This document shows, in pieces, positions 63,044 to 64,000 of a DNA stretch of 64,000 nt (positions are counted from its first letter, which is position 1; every line of letters begins with the position of its first letter). This stretch comes from Bacteroidota bacterium. GTDB taxonomy: Bacteria > Bacteroidota > Ignavibacteria > Kryptoniales > JAKASW01. Made by a program: the position numbers and the translations under genes. The stretch is taken from positions 90,915-154,914 of the forward strand of contig JAKAGT010000009.1 in assembly GCA_021825585.1 (NCBI GenBank), given 5' to 3'. Under the pieces are notes generated by a model. It did not search any database. It saw only the letters and a program-made list of their open reading frames with translations, and was not told where the DNA came from.

Positions 63044-63292
63044 CTAGACCGCTCTTTTTCTCAATCGTACTAAGTTGAATTGCAGAGCGATCAAGGGCTG
63101 CAGGAATTTTTGGATTGAGACTATGTTCTTGTCGATCTGTGAACTTTTCTGTGCTCCATAATACAATTCCGTCATGCTCACGGCGGATATTGCTATGTCG
63201 CCTAGCCGTTCTCTTCCAAAGCGCTCTTGCGCAACTGGAGGCTTATTCTTGATGATGTAAATGCAGATGTTTGTGTCAAGCAAGTATTTCAT
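63044..63292 (-). pseudogene. vapC: VapC (PIN-domain) toxin, 3'-truncated
   Basis: MKYLLDTNICIYIIKN...ISAVSMTELYYGAQKS is the PIN N-half. The ORF is only 82 aa and the distal acidic residues are missing. It shares a 4-nt overlap with vapB. Confidence 0.6.
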
Positions 63293-63528
63293 TTGAACAG
63301 GTCGCTTCTCTTTTCCAAGGGAGGCTGAGCGCGGTCAGACATGAAGTCGTCAGAGAATTCCCTCAAGCTTTCGAACAGAGAATCCCATTTTCTCCTTCGG
63401 GGAAGAAGAATGACGGCGTCTCCGACCTTTGTTATACTTACTTCTTTGCCTTTCATTCTGTAAGCTTTAGGCAGCCGAACAGCCCGGCTTCTTCCATTTT
63501 CGAATAATTTTGCGGTGTCCATAACCAA
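63289..63528 (-). CDS. vapB: VapB-type antitoxin (AbrB/SpoVT fold)
   Basis: TAKLFENGRSRAVRLPKAYRMKGKEVSITKVGDAVILLP is the SpoVT/AbrB swapped-hairpin motif. Confidence 0.75.
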   Translation of the reverse strand: MVMDTAKLFENGRSRAVRLPKAYRMKGKEVSITKVGDAVILLPRRRKWDSLFESLREFSDDFMSDRAQPPLEKRSDLFK

Positions 63529-63682
63529 CTCCTTGATATATACCCATCAATATATATATCATTTGCATTCCAGGCGCAAAAAATAAATACGACTTGCCCA
63601 TCTCAACTCCCGAAACGATTCATTTTCCCTGATTGCTTAAATTTAAGTGACACATCAACATTCCAAAACATGAGGCGCAGAC

Positions 63683-64000
63683 ATGAAACCAGATTCTTCC
63701 ATTCCCGACTTCACTGAAATCAAACGATCTTACGTGAAATCAGAACCAGTTCTACGACAGGCACAGCGACTTGTAGAAAATGAAATGTGTACCATGGTCA
63801 GCGAATCAAACGACAAGTTCAATTTCGTTGTCGAGGACAGGTTCGATGATTTCAACGTGACCGTCACGGTGACAGGGAAGAGATTGTCGTCCCATTGCAG
63901 CTGCGGTTCGCGTCTCGATTGCTGTCCCCACTCTGCGGCTGCACTCATTCTCCTCAGACTCAAATATGACGAGGAAAAGAACCGGGTGTCTCCTCAATCC
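63683..64000 (+). CDS. SWIM zinc-finger protein, N-terminal part (runs off window)
   Basis: My translation from ATG 63683: MKPDSSIPDFTEIKRSYV...VTVTGKRLSSHCSCGSRLDCCPHSAAALILL. This gives the CxC..CxH SWIM motif. It is not in the ORF track because there is no stop in the window. Confidence 0.6.
   Translation, partial: MKPDSSIPDFTEIKRSYVKSEPVLRQAQRLVENEMCTMVSESNDKFNFVVEDRFDDFNVTVTVTGKRLSSHCSCGSRLDCCPHSAAALILLRLKYDEEKNRVSPQS

Noticed and set aside
1-64000. CRISPR arrays, rRNA and tRNA genes
   Set aside because: I scanned the intergenic regions by eye and saw no regularly spaced direct repeats and no tRNA cloverleaf or T-loop (GTTCGAATC-type with paired flanks). This was not an exhaustive computation.

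Overview
This 64-kb window looks like it comes from an FCB-superphylum-like bacterium. That is an inference from the many T9SS-type C-terminal sorting domains ('NYPNPFNP(S/T)T...GVYFYR...KKM(I/L)L(I/T)K') and the strong GGAGG ribosome-binding sites. All homology calls come from reading motifs in the translations; no searches were run, and RNA and boundary coordinates are approximate.

Layout:
- 1-7.8 kb: housekeeping genes. These are mnmE (partial), a permease, an AlaA-like aminotransferase, a PEBP lipoprotein and a GH20 hexosaminidase.
- 8.2-12.1 kb: a cobalamin-riboswitch-controlled btuB-like operon (TonB receptor, beta-propeller lipoprotein, small membrane protein).
- 13.1-15.8 kb: two decayed secreted-protein genes.
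- 15.9-28.0 kb: a visibly AT-richer, co-directional minus-strand cluster, which I consider the most likely novel system. It encodes a 76-aa peptide with 13 Cys, one canonical radical-SAM/SPASM maturase and two SPASM paralogues that lack the CxxxCxxC SAM-cluster motif. One paralogue is fused to an S26-type signal-peptidase domain; the other is fused to a polyprenyl-synthase-like domain plus an RRE-like segment. The cluster also has a squalene-cyclase/prenyltransferase-repeat protein, a TonB-dependent receptor, an ABC exporter and a LuxR-type regulator.
- 28.9-32.5 kb: mobile-element debris. There is a compound palindrome, a truncated tyrosine recombinase fused to an XRE fragment, and a group II intron sitting directly after the stop codon of a T9SS gene.
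- 32.5-47.5 kb: large T9SS-sorted proteins (LTD+PLD, 4xLTD), a hybrid histidine kinase with a periplasmic CxxCH, and a MarR gene next to a Tat/di-CxxCH/T9SS protein.
- 47.6-64 kb: an ORF6N plus SF1-helicase pair, ada, MFS, a metallophosphoesterase, mazEF-like and vapBC-like modules, DinB and a Qor-like dehydrogenase.

Gene remnants are unusually dense across the window. No rRNA, tRNA or CRISPR array was recognised.
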